The translations under genes were made by a program, and so were the position numbers. Below, one piece after another: positions 27,384 through 37,500 of a stretch of 62,252 nucleotides of DNA. The notes below the pieces were generated by a model, which made no database searches, had not been told where the DNA came from, and worked only from the letters and a program-made list of their open reading frames with translations. Source of the stretch: Acidimicrobiaceae bacterium (GTDB taxonomy: Bacteria; Actinomycetota; Acidimicrobiia; Acidimicrobiales; Aldehydirespiratoraceae); contig JAPPJC010000057.1 of NCBI GenBank assembly GCA_028820455.1, positions 43,608 to 105,859 on the forward strand. Direction: 5' to 3'. How positions within the stretch are numbered: the stretch's first letter is position 1; the number at the start of each line of letters is the position of its first letter.

Positions 27384-28646
27384 TTAATGCTCAAGCCATG
27401 GCTCAAAAGCGTGAGCCCAGCGTATTAAATGGTCGCTAGGAATGCCCAGACCTTCTGGGAGACGAGGTAGCACCCGTTGAACTCTTTCGGCAGTAGCGAG
27501 CATAATGGAACACAAGTCAGAGAGTGATCTTTTCTCGGCTTGACGAAGTTCCCAGGCTCGCGCAAGGGCAAAATGGCGTTTAAGTTCGTGATAATTTAAA
27601 TCGCTTGGAAGTTTCTTGTCATAGTTACAAACATTACATCCGCAAGCAAATGTGTTGTCTCGCTCGATAAGTGCTGTAGCAGTAGCGGTGGGTAAATAGG
27701 TATGAAGTTTTCGTACGTAGTAGCGCGCAGGTGCAGCACCTGTTGAGTCTAATGTCGGCCAATCTCTTGACTCACTGTATCCCAGTCCGTTATTAAAACC
27801 ATCCAACCCTAACTTTCCCAATAGAATACTAAAACAACCCCCATATAGATTCATGAGATCGTATTCTGTTTTGAGACCACAAACCACACGTATTAGCTGC
27901 TGAAGTTTACCAACTTCCACCTTGTGTTCTCTAAAACTGGGAATCCAAAAGAAAACTCTCGATGATAAACTACTAGGAACTTGCTCAATAGCCTCCTGAA
28001 GTGATGATATATCCATCATGGATACAATCGGTGATATCTGTTCAGGGTCATCAACTTTTTGGGCAGCATCCCAGATTCTGCGCATGACATCCCACCATCT
28101 GTCCGAAAAATCTCGCACAGCAAAATATGGGCACAAGATATATTTTGGCTCACGCTTGTTACTTCTATCAGGCGACGACTGTTCGATAGTGCCAGGTGCC
28201 TCGTTATGCGCTTTTCTTAATAGCTGATCATAACGCTCGAGTTTCTCTGTGATACTATCAGCTCGACTCCCGTATTGCCGTTGAAAATCAATAAAGGATG
28301 CGACGACCTCGTTGCAAACATCTACAGAGTAAAACTCAGCAGGAAAATAAGCACCTTGGTTATCTTCCGAATCAGGAGAGCTGATAAGACGAGAATCAAC
28401 TGTTGTTCCCATGAAAGATGCGAGAGTATAATGCGATTTTCTAGGGTGTTGCAAATGTTCCTGAAATAGCGGCGTTCTTGGTTCAATAATATAATCTAAT
28501 TGTGAAGACAGCACAAAAGCAGCTGTGGCATCCTCATAGTAGGATGCAATCGTCGAAGGAACAGTCAAAATCTCAAAACAGTCTCTTACATCGGGATCAC
28601 GAAAACTTTTTTGATCAGCGTTCCCGTATGCAAGGCAATGCAACAT
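27384..28646 (-). CDS. TGT/DpdA-like (queuine/archaeosine transglycosylase fold) protein; inferred
   Basis: 420 aa. NLYGGCFSILLGKLGLDGFNNGLGYSESRD resembles the TGT LMGVG...GIDMFDCV strand region. About 50 aa later, FACGCNVCNYDKKLPSDLNYHELKRHF matches the TGT zinc motif CxCxxC followed by Y..H. TAATG 1-nt overlap with the upstream gene. Confidence 0.5.
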   Translation of the reverse strand: MLHCLAYGNADQKSFRDPDVRDCFEILTVPSTIASYYEDATAAFVLSSQLDYIIEPRTPLFQEHLQHPRKSHYTLASFMGTTVDSRLISSPDSEDNQGAYFPAEFYSVDVCNEVVASFIDFQRQYGSRADSITEKLERYDQLLRKAHNEAPGTIEQSSPDRSNKREPKYILCPYFAVRDFSDRWWDVMRRIWDAAQKVDDPEQISPIVSMMDISSLQEAIEQVPSSLSSRVFFWIPSFREHKVEVGKLQQLIRVVCGLKTEYDLMNLYGGCFSILLGKLGLDGFNNGLGYSESRDWPTLDSTGAAPARYYVRKLHTYLPTATATALIERDNTFACGCNVCNYDKKLPSDLNYHELKRHFALARAWELRQAEKRSLSDLCSIMLATAERVQRVLPRLPEGLGIPSDHLIRWAHAFEPWLEH

Positions 28647-29068
28647 TATATATTCCTTCCTGCTGATGCATAGTGCACATCGGACTTGATGAGACGTTGA
28701 CGGATGCGCTGTGTTGGTTTAGCACGTCTAGCTTCTTTTATGATTCGAGTTGAACCGTTTGCAACTGCAATCACCCCAATGCCAAAATTAGCCGCCTCCG
28801 ACGATCTTGCTTCGATAACTCTTTTTTCAGGTACTGCTATATACACAAAATCCACACAATATCGATGCAAAAAAGCTTGCACAATGAGGTGTCGAGAATG
28901 ATAAAGTTTTGCTTCTACAGCTATCAGCTCAGTCGGTGTTGTTACTAGAATATCCATGCTAGCTTGACCATGGCATCGCACCTCTATTCTACTAGTAGCC
29001 AGATCGCCCCACAGCTCACACACATGGGCCCGAAATTCAGTCACAAGATCAGCTTCCGATTTATACAT
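28646..29068 (-). CDS. PD-(D/E)xK (restriction endonuclease / Hjc-like fold) protein
   Basis: MDILVTTPTELIAVEAKL is a D-x13-E-x-K core preceded by a conserved E (SEADLVTEF). The preferred start ATG 29068 (MYKSEADL) overlaps the upstream stop by 8 nt. Confidence 0.55.
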   Translation of the reverse strand: MYKSEADLVTEFRAHVCELWGDLATSRIEVRCHGQASMDILVTTPTELIAVEAKLYHSRHLIVQAFLHRYCVDFVYIAVPEKRVIEARSSEAANFGIGVIAVANGSTRIIKEARRAKPTQRIRQRLIKSDVHYASAGRNI

Positions 29069-29651
29069 CGCTGGATTCCGATTCGATATGAAGTCTTGGC
29101 TTAATTTTTTTATTCTGAATGATCCAATAGACACTTAAAGCTACATATACGACTATTGACTCAAAAAGTAGCAATAATATGATCCAATCAAGGCAACTAT
29201 AACCTGCTGATTTATCGAGCAGCCGTATTGCCAAATTACCTACTGCAGCTACGCACAATATGATTGCAATAGGCATAAGTGCTAGTCTTATATGCTGAAC
29301 ACGATACATTCCTCGTCTGTATGTTTCGCATGCTGATAATTCATAGCAGCATTCTCTAATATCTTTGAATAATCCTGGATCATTAAGTATCAATTCCAAT
29401 TGTGCATGTTTACGTTTCTCATCATTGGTTTCTAAATGAATTTTCCAAATCGGTTGCAAACTCTCATGAATGAGTTTTATAGCCCGCCGACTAATATTAC
29501 CTTGGAACTTGATCAATTTTCTTTCGTGTTCAGAATGAGTTGCGCGAGACTCACGTCGATCCCTGCGAAACAGCAATATAGCAGATACGATGGATGTTAT
29601 TGCACTAACTGGAATTGCGATATAGTTTAAAAAATGCCAGAAATTGCCCAT
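29061..29651 (-). CDS. Membrane protein (N-terminal TM helix plus 2-3 C-terminal TM helices)
   Basis: FLNYIAIPVSAITSIVSAILLF, ALMPIAIILCVAAVGNLAI and DWIILLLLFESIVVYVALSVYWII are hydrophobic spans. Confidence 0.55.
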   Translation of the reverse strand: MGNFWHFLNYIAIPVSAITSIVSAILLFRRDRRESRATHSEHERKLIKFQGNISRRAIKLIHESLQPIWKIHLETNDEKRKHAQLELILNDPGLFKDIRECCYELSACETYRRGMYRVQHIRLALMPIAIILCVAAVGNLAIRLLDKSAGYSCLDWIILLLLFESIVVYVALSVYWIIQNKKIKPRLHIESESSDV

Positions 29652-29668
29652 AGAAATAAACTGACTAT

Positions 29669-30211
29669 TCAGAATTGTGTGCCCATAATTTTGTCGCGAA
29701 TCACAGAATTCTTAGCATAATCAGGATAGCGTGTGTATACATGAAATATTAGATCCTGCAATGTTAGATCCCCATATTCATCTTTGAGGTTGCTGATCCT
29801 TTTTTGAAGTTTCGGATGCTGGTTGGCCAAATAGTTTGCAATAGTTCGCCCATTTTCAGTGAGAGAAAACTGGCGTTCATACGAAATTTCAGTCGTTGTG
29901 TCTGAATAAAGCAACTCTTCAGCACTGTCAAGTACTGAGTCTGTAAGTTTTCGAAATTCTTCTATTAGCCCAGCCTCTTTTAAAATATCTACAGCTTCGT
30001 ATACTTCCTTGGAGTACGGGCCATAATTATATGCTTCAAAATGAAATCGCTCCTCTATATGAGACTGGTAGTCACATTCTTGTTCGATAAGGAATAGAAA
30101 TTTCTCTAGCCGTGTGATTCCTTCTATTCGATTGCTTGCATGCTCCCAACGTGTTGGAGCTGCTAGTAGCAACAGGATTAGATCTGAGCCGATAAGTTTT
30201 TCAGCATCCAT
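29669..30211 (-). CDS. Winged-helix protein of the YwgA / Panacea (DUF4065, SocA-antitoxin-like) type
   Basis: ITRLEKFLFLIEQE...FHFEAYNYGPYSKEVYEAVDILKEAGLIEE has the L.K..fL ... yGPYS ... L...Gli pattern. GGAGAA precedes ATG 30211. Starts 38 nt after the drmMI stop. Confidence 0.5.
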   Translation of the reverse strand: MDAEKLIGSDLILLLLAAPTRWEHASNRIEGITRLEKFLFLIEQECDYQSHIEERFHFEAYNYGPYSKEVYEAVDILKEAGLIEEFRKLTDSVLDSAEELLYSDTTTEISYERQFSLTENGRTIANYLANQHPKLQKRISNLKDEYGDLTLQDLIFHVYTRYPDYAKNSVIRDKIMGTQF

Positions 30212-30249
30212 CAGGATTCTCCTAATATCTTCAATTTTAGCTATTTATC

Positions 30250-33200
30250 TTATTCTAGCAATGATTTCTGGTAAATTTTATGTATTGTTATATCTTTACG
30301 TATTCTAGAATATTTCTTCTTGACTGGTTTGTGTAGTTCTGCGTCTAATTCAGCAGCGTGGCGTTTCTTGTTCAACTCCAGCAGCCGGTCCAGTACTTCA
30401 TCGGCAGCTTGGGGAGAGAAAGTGAATCGGATGCCCTGGCCACGCACATGATGGAAGTCATGCTCAAGATCAAGGTCATACCACTTGTAGGCATCACGCA
30501 CTGCTAGATCGAGCTCAACATGCAGATCACGCAGTTTTCGGATTGTGCTATCGGAACGTACATCCTGGTTATGCACCAGGTTATAAACGTCGGTCAGTCC
30601 CAACTTGCGGTCGCGCATAAGCTGGGCACGGTGGTTATCGAGCACCTTCCCAACATTTTCAACAGTTGCATGATAGGAGGGTTGTGGGAAGGTTTCGAAC
30701 ACGTCTGAAGGTGTGTAACGAGTACGGGTTTCTAACGACGAAGCGTAGCGCACTGCCCAACGGTAGTGAAAGCCGGATGTGAGAATGCCGAAGTGGAAGT
30801 TATCGTCGTATGCGAACACAACCGTCGAGTCTGCAAACACTTGATCGTTCTTCACGAACACAGGTTTTAGAGTGTCGCCAACTCGCGATATCACTAGAAC
30901 CCGCTTCAAGGGCTTAATCGTTCGATACAGCTTTGGACGTTTCTCAGCATATACCCAATAAAGTTGTGGTAAAGGCTTCCGTTTTTTGAATTCTCCGTTT
31001 AGTTTACGTTCCTGTCGTACAGGCTTGACCTTTTCTTCTACGATTGCGAAGCACTCAGGATACTGCCGGGCTTTGTTTTCGGGCCAGTCGAAGAAATTGA
31101 TAACCCATCGGGGAGCAGTTAGCGTAGGTGACTGGTTGAGGTTCTGGCCACCAAGGTAGGGGAACAACACGTCGGCATTACGAGGATCCTTGTTAATAAG
31201 AGCCTGTGCTTTTTCGGGACTCATGGTAAAACCATCAGTTCCGAGAAGGTAAGAACCGATGAATGATTTATTGGCATTGGCGTTGAGACACTGTTTGCGC
31301 CATCCTGATCTTGACACTGGGTAGAGCATTTCGTCGATGCCTACTACAGATCGGCCGTCCAACATACGTTCTCCACGCCACGGATAGGCGGTGCCCCAGA
31401 CTTTGGCGATCTCCAACGATGTGTCGCCGGGCCATGTTGTTGATGAAACAGCGCGGTGGATCGTCCATCCAGTGTCGATGATCTGAGTGAGGCCTACCTC
31501 GCTGGTATCTCCCTGTGCAATGGTGTTGGTTGCGAGGAAACCGAAGGATTTAGCGACTTTGGTAGCGTTCAGAAAGAAGTATGCCACGAGGTCTGCTGAT
31601 CCTCTCTTGCGGTTGGCTATCCAAGTGATTAGGTGGTTGCGGTAGTCGGTTCCGATTGCTCCAGTGATCTTCTGGCCACCCATGAATGGTGGGTTGCCGA
31701 CTATTGCATCAAAACCTGGAGTGCTGGTACTACTGAAGACTTCAGGGAACGCGATCGGCCAATGCAAGGGTCTACGTGATGGTGCTCCATCAGGACATTC
31801 GGTGTTTAGACGTTTGTAGCCCCTCTGCTTCGCACGGTCCAGCGCGGCGGCTTGAGAAGGAGTATCGAGAGCCTCAATGAGTTGGACAATGATTTGTGCA
31901 TCGACATCCGGAAGGTTGGTGAGTGCCTTCTCGTAGTCTGTACCGCCAGCGGTGTTCAACGCGATGCCTATCAGGATATCGGCTATCGTGGCGAGAATCG
32001 ACAGGCGGTTCTCGCTACGCTGGTGGAGAACTTGTTTACGTTCGATGTCGGCGGGTCTTATGGTTTCGATGCTGTGCAGTTCACGCCTCATCTCCAGTGC
32101 TTCACGCACGAGACGTTCTACGGACTCGACTGCTACACCGCCAGCTGTGAAACCCGGGATCGGTGTCGGCCGTGCCCTACCGGCGGTCACATCGTAGTGA
32201 AGATAGCAGAGCTGATCGAGGTTGCTGATACCCAGGAGGCTGTCCCCGGACTTGATGGCGTGATCCAGGAACGTGAAGGGCCGGTCTTTGGCTACCGTGG
32301 TGATCCACATCGACAGTTTGGCCATTTCTGCGGCCATGGGGTTTATGTCCACTCCGTAGCAGCAGCGTTCGGCTATCAGCCGTCGGGCTTCGACCACGAT
32401 GTCCAGCCTGTTCGGGTCGTCTGCTGCGGTGGCGGTCTCCTGGGTGCGCTGGTTGTCTTCCGCTTGTCGTGCTTCGATGAGCCGGTCGGCGAGATAACGG
32501 CAGGCGGCTACGAGGATGGCACCAGAACCCACAGTGGGGTCGCAGACTTTCAAAGCGAGAATGTCGTCCGGTTTGCGGATGCGCCACTGGTTGGTGTCGG
32601 GTGTGTCCTGCGGGCCGGGTGAGTAGCACAACGGAGCGAGGGTGTGCTTGACTACCTCCTCAGCGAGTTCTCTGGTGGTGTAGGCGGTGCCACTGTCGCG
32701 TCGGGAAGTGGTTTCGGTTACATACACAGTGTCTTTTAGGAACACCAGCGGCCGGTCACGTAAATCCAGCCTCAACAGGTTGGCGAACGGTTCGATCCGA
32801 GCAGCCATCGTCTGGTCGCCTTGGCAGGCTTGGATCAGGGTTGCTCTGCGGTGACGGTCGAGGGGCTCAGCGAGGAGCTTCCCGACTTGATTCTTGGTCC
32901 CCACCCTCCGGCCAGCTTTCGCAGCTTCTTTGTTGCTGAGCCAGGCAACGAGGGCTTTCGTGCCGTCCATGCGTTTGGCTTCGAGTTCTGGTAGGGCGAT
33001 CTTGGGTTCCTCGCCGGGCTTTCTACCACGTAAACCGACCACGACGTGCTCAGCGGTGACAGCGTCATGGTCGAGAAGACGTTCGTATATGTGGCCGATC
33101 TGCTCCACGTCGACGTTCCGGTACGACAAGCGTCGGGTGTCGGTTGTGCCACGACTGTCACGGAATCGCAGCACCAGCAGCGAGTCGAGGATGGCTAAAA

Positions 33201-34485
33201 CGTCGAGGTCGGTCACGGCTATGGGCGTGCTAGTAGTGGTGTGCCAGGTGCTACCGGCAGCGCGGCCTTCCAGGAACGGGAACCGGTCGGGATCGAAGAG
33301 GCTGCCACCGTAGGCCGGCACCGACAAATCGTGGTGGTGGACTCCGCTGTGCAGAGCCCTGCTGGTGGCCAGCAGACGGTGCCATGCCGTTGTGCGTGTT
33401 TCGAGGGCTTCGGGGTTCTGGTAGCGTTCCTTCTCCAGGGTTTCCCGCAGCGTGCGGACGGAGTACAGGTCCTGGTAGTGGCGATTGTCGATGGGCAGCA
33501 GATCGTTCTCCTCGGCGATGAGTAGGAACACGACCCGCATCATCACGGTGACAGCCGCTTCGTAAACCTCGTTCGGGGTGACACCGTCCAGCAGGGTGCC
33601 GTCACGGTCCCGGTTGGCCCTCGATATGGCGTTCACCAGAAGCTCGACGGCTTGTCGTACTTGCATACCGAGCTGGTCGGTAACCTCGGCCTGGGAACTA
33701 GCGGATTCCTTGAGGAGCGTTTCGGGTGTGTTCTCCTGGGATGCACCTGTAAAACGCCACGAGCGCAGCATCGAACGGAACGAGTCGAGCAGCACGGACT
33801 CGGTAGCGAATTCCGAAGCCCGCCAGGTGCCCCAACCCGTGGCACCCTGCTCGGGTGCGTGAACTAGAGTCAAATGGTCCCCGTCGGTGACCAGTGCTAA
33901 TGGAACACGGTAGTGGCGACATGACAGCGCAGCACGCTGCACCCACGTCGCTGGCCATGTGTCATCGGGCGGTCGAGTCCGCGGATCAGTTCCGACTGGC
34001 AGGGAGAAAATCAGCACCCGTGGACTGTTCGTCTGATCTCCGCCGGTGCCGTAATCAGCGGTGCCGTGAGTTGATGTTGGTTCCGTGAGCAGATCAACAG
34101 CAACTCTTGTGGTTGGCTGATATACGCCTGTGGGTTTGACTGTGATCTCGTGTCGTGTGACTCCTTGAGCGAAGCCAGAAGGCAAGTCAGTGTTGCTCAG
34201 ATAGTCGTCACCCCATCCGAGCACGTCTTGTAGGAGCCAGTCGATGTAGTCGCTGCGGTCATCGGTGAGCCGTGCCGATCCGGATACGCCGTCACCGTAC
34301 CAGCGGGCCTTGTGCTCGGCCCGCAACTCCGGCTTTGGTTTGTCGAGACCGTTGGGAAACGCGCGTTTGAGCACAGGAAGTGAAAACCAAGGCGTCTCGG
34401 CATCAGTGAGGTTGAGCCAATCCTCATGCTGTTCAACGACACGCCGCCGCACAGCCACTACAGTCTCCCTTCCCCTCGCCACCAA
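30250..34485 (-). CDS. drmMI: DISARM class 1 DrmMI, large N6-adenine DNA methyltransferase
   Basis: SAM motif I is VCDPTVGSGAILVAA. Catalytic motif IV is AIVGNPPFMGGQK. 1411 aa, directly downstream of the SNF2 gene. Confidence 0.85.
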   Translation of the reverse strand: MVARGRETVVAVRRRVVEQHEDWLNLTDAETPWFSLPVLKRAFPNGLDKPKPELRAEHKARWYGDGVSGSARLTDDRSDYIDWLLQDVLGWGDDYLSNTDLPSGFAQGVTRHEITVKPTGVYQPTTRVAVDLLTEPTSTHGTADYGTGGDQTNSPRVLIFSLPVGTDPRTRPPDDTWPATWVQRAALSCRHYRVPLALVTDGDHLTLVHAPEQGATGWGTWRASEFATESVLLDSFRSMLRSWRFTGASQENTPETLLKESASSQAEVTDQLGMQVRQAVELLVNAISRANRDRDGTLLDGVTPNEVYEAAVTVMMRVVFLLIAEENDLLPIDNRHYQDLYSVRTLRETLEKERYQNPEALETRTTAWHRLLATSRALHSGVHHHDLSVPAYGGSLFDPDRFPFLEGRAAGSTWHTTTSTPIAVTDLDVLAILDSLLVLRFRDSRGTTDTRRLSYRNVDVEQIGHIYERLLDHDAVTAEHVVVGLRGRKPGEEPKIALPELEAKRMDGTKALVAWLSNKEAAKAGRRVGTKNQVGKLLAEPLDRHRRATLIQACQGDQTMAARIEPFANLLRLDLRDRPLVFLKDTVYVTETTSRRDSGTAYTTRELAEEVVKHTLAPLCYSPGPQDTPDTNQWRIRKPDDILALKVCDPTVGSGAILVAACRYLADRLIEARQAEDNQRTQETATAADDPNRLDIVVEARRLIAERCCYGVDINPMAAEMAKLSMWITTVAKDRPFTFLDHAIKSGDSLLGISNLDQLCYLHYDVTAGRARPTPIPGFTAGGVAVESVERLVREALEMRRELHSIETIRPADIERKQVLHQRSENRLSILATIADILIGIALNTAGGTDYEKALTNLPDVDAQIIVQLIEALDTPSQAAALDRAKQRGYKRLNTECPDGAPSRRPLHWPIAFPEVFSSTSTPGFDAIVGNPPFMGGQKITGAIGTDYRNHLITWIANRKRGSADLVAYFFLNATKVAKSFGFLATNTIAQGDTSEVGLTQIIDTGWTIHRAVSSTTWPGDTSLEIAKVWGTAYPWRGERMLDGRSVVGIDEMLYPVSRSGWRKQCLNANANKSFIGSYLLGTDGFTMSPEKAQALINKDPRNADVLFPYLGGQNLNQSPTLTAPRWVINFFDWPENKARQYPECFAIVEEKVKPVRQERKLNGEFKKRKPLPQLYWVYAEKRPKLYRTIKPLKRVLVISRVGDTLKPVFVKNDQVFADSTVVFAYDDNFHFGILTSGFHYRWAVRYASSLETRTRYTPSDVFETFPQPSYHATVENVGKVLDNHRAQLMRDRKLGLTDVYNLVHNQDVRSDSTIRKLRDLHVELDLAVRDAYKWYDLDLEHDFHHVRGQGIRFTFSPQAADEVLDRLLELNKKRHAAELDAELHKPVKKKYSRIRKDITIHKIYQKSLLE

Positions 34486-34507
34486 ACGACACGCCGCCGC
34501 ATAGCCG

Positions 34508-37500
34508 TTAACATTCCTGTTGGGGAACGAGGAATTCCACAGCTACGGGGAACCAGTTGACGTCTCGGACTCTGTAGCGACTCTTGAGGATTTCGACTTC
34601 CTTCTCGATATCGCTGTCGATCTGTTCAACACGATCGCGCAGTGCTCGCACATCGGCATCGAATTGTTCGCGTTCATCGCTGTCGAATAGCCGCAACTGT
34701 TCAGAGTTCGATTCCTCCAGCTCGTCAAGACGATGCCAGATGCTCAACTGAAGGTCTTTCAATGTACCTCTCAAGCGTTTCTCTTCATTTTCCCGTTTTG
34801 CGTCAATCGCCCGGCCGCGCTGACTACGCACCTCTTCAGCTCGCACTTCTAGTGTCCTTTGCAGGGCTGGTTGCACGCGACCCCATTGATCCGTGTATCG
34901 GGCACACACGTGGTCCGGCACAGACTGCGAACAAGCAGACGTGACGGCTGCGCGGGTTTCGCCGACGTTGAGGCGTCTCTGACGGCCACCCACTCGAACA
35001 GCTGCCGGTTCTATCACCTCATCGAGAGTTGACCCATCAGAGCCGTTGACAACAACACGAGCATGTGCTACCACAACCGGCTCGTCTATGTCGGCATACC
35101 GCACAGCGACCCGGTTGATTTTTCTGTCAACAGCGGCACCCCAAACCTGTGCTCGTAGAGTTCTCAAACAGCGGGCAACCAGCGGATGTCCGACATGCAG
35201 GTAGGCGACATCCTGATGTCCAGTGGCGATTTGCGGATCAAAAGTGACCGGCAAACGGAAATCCTCAACCTCGTTCTGCAACCCTACGAGCGTTTCACCC
35301 CATGTGCCAGCCAGGTCGTCAATCTCGAACACCGGTACGCCGCCATCGGGTCGTTCAAGTGTCGAATATCGCAGTGGCGGTTGACCCTCTATCCGCAACG
35401 CCACTTCTACGGCCCGTTGCACGTTCTCGGGTTTCAGATCGAGTTCCTCGACACTGGTGTTGTACTGTTCACGGACCCGCTCAATGTCGGCAGAGAACTG
35501 AGCTTTGAGCTTTTGTAGATCGACCCTGGCTTGGTCTCGTCGTATTTCCATCAAATCGTCGATGTCGAGGCTGTGGTTCCCTTCGCGCAGCATACGGGCC
35601 TCGATCCGCTCAGCCAACACCGACGACACCGAGCCGAGATCGTCACGAATGTCGTCTATCTTCCTCGCTAGACGCAACAGGAACGAATGGTCATAACCGA
35701 GATGGTCATCGTCATCACCATCACCGTTGGTTGAAGCGAAATGGAATATGTCAACTGTCTCGGATTTCTGACCGTGCCGGTCGATCCGGCCGTTGCGCTG
35801 CTCCATCCGGTTCGGGTTGAACGGAACCTCCATGTGCACCAGCCGGTGACACGCCCGGTGCAAGTCAATGCCTTCAGAGGCCGCGTCGGTGGCTAGTAAC
35901 ACACGCACTTTCGTCTTACGGGGGTTGTAGTTGAACTCCCTGATGATCCGTTCACGCTCATCGGTGTCAAGACTTCCGTGGAACACCTCAACCCGTCCTC
36001 TCATCGAAGGCCAACCATGGGGCTTTGCTGCCAGCATTTCTTCGAGGTAGTTGAGCGTGGCCCGGTACTCCGTGAACACAATGATCCGTTCATCGTTCCA
36101 TTCGCCGTCTGGGAAGCAAGTCTCACCGATCCAATCCAAAAGCCGTTTCGTCTTGGCATCAGCTCGGCGCCAACGTTCCTCGATCAAGGCACTCATCCGA
36201 TCGAGGATCCACGTAGCCTGGTCGGCATCCACTGTTCCTGTGTCGCCCGTCGTGTTCGCTGCACTCACTGTTCTTGCACGCATTCTTGCCAGCACCTCTA
36301 GTTCTGCATCAGCACCAAAACTGGCGAGTGCGCCCGCAGCCAGGGCTAGAGCTTCCTGCTCTTGGACGGACACAGGGACGGTGTCATCTGCTTCGTTTTC
36401 CAAAGCAGCTTCGGCTTGTTGTAACGCACGCTTAGTGGTACGGCGGTGAGCTGCGACGTTGAGAGTATGAATATGGTGTGCGAGAGTGTATTTGAACGCA
36501 GCCGGTGATGACAAGAGACGCTTCTTCAACAGCAGTACGATGAACCTGGATGCTGCACGCTCGGTTGGTGTGCTCGCCGCGCTCATACGCAGAGCCGCGT
36601 AGCGGTCCAACAGTTTGAACAGTTCTCGATCCTCGGGTGTGAAATCTACCTCGATAGCGAAGATTCTCCGTTTCGGGAAACGCTTTTCACCATCGGGCAG
36701 CATCGTTCGTAGATGCGACTTGAGACGTCGCACCATCACAGCGTCACGTTCCCCTTTGCTCGGAGGTACGCCTTTGGTGAACCGATTCTGGTCGAGCATT
36801 TCGAGCAGTGCTTGGAACGATTCATGGTAGCCGTTGTGCGGTGTCGCTGTCAGAAACAGTCTATGCTCGAAGTGTGGTGTAAGACGCCGCATTACTTTCG
36901 TGCGCAACGAATCTCGAGCGTAACGGCCTACCGCTGATGGAGCGATCCGATGGGCTTCATCCACGATAAGCAAGTCAAAAGCTCGTGGGAAAATATTGGG
37001 ATCCGGTGGAAGGAACTCATCGAACCAGCGCATCTGAGCCTCGAACTTGATCCATTCCATTGATACGACGAGCCGCGGATGGGAACGGAACGGGTTGACA
37101 CCCACCCCACGTTCACGTCTGAGCCGACGGACATGTTCAGTGTCGATAATCTCAAAAGCCAGGCCGAACTGTTCACGCATCTCTCGCTGCCATTTCCGGC
37201 AAAGACTCGGAGGACAGACCACCAAGATCTTCTGCGCCTGGTTACGCAGCACAAGCTCCTGTGCTATCAGGCCAGCCTCAACGGTCTTGCCCAAGCCGAC
37301 ATCATCAGCGATCAGCAAGCTAACACGGGGCATCCGCAACGCTTTCACCAGCGGTAGAAGCTGGTAGTCTTCAATGTCGATGCCCGACCTGAACGGAGAC
37401 TGGAACGCTTTCGGATTTGTTGAGGCGACGGCACCCCACCGGACAGCGTCGAGAAACCCGGCAAAGACCTCCGCTTCATCCAAACCCTCTTCAGGGTCGG

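Noticed and set aside
31852-32622. 256-aa plus-strand ORF and other 60-160-aa ORFs inside drmMI, drmA, drmD and drmB
   Set aside because: All lie antisense to or out of frame with large genes that have unambiguous helicase or methylase motifs. They are Arg/Pro/Ser-rich shadow frames.
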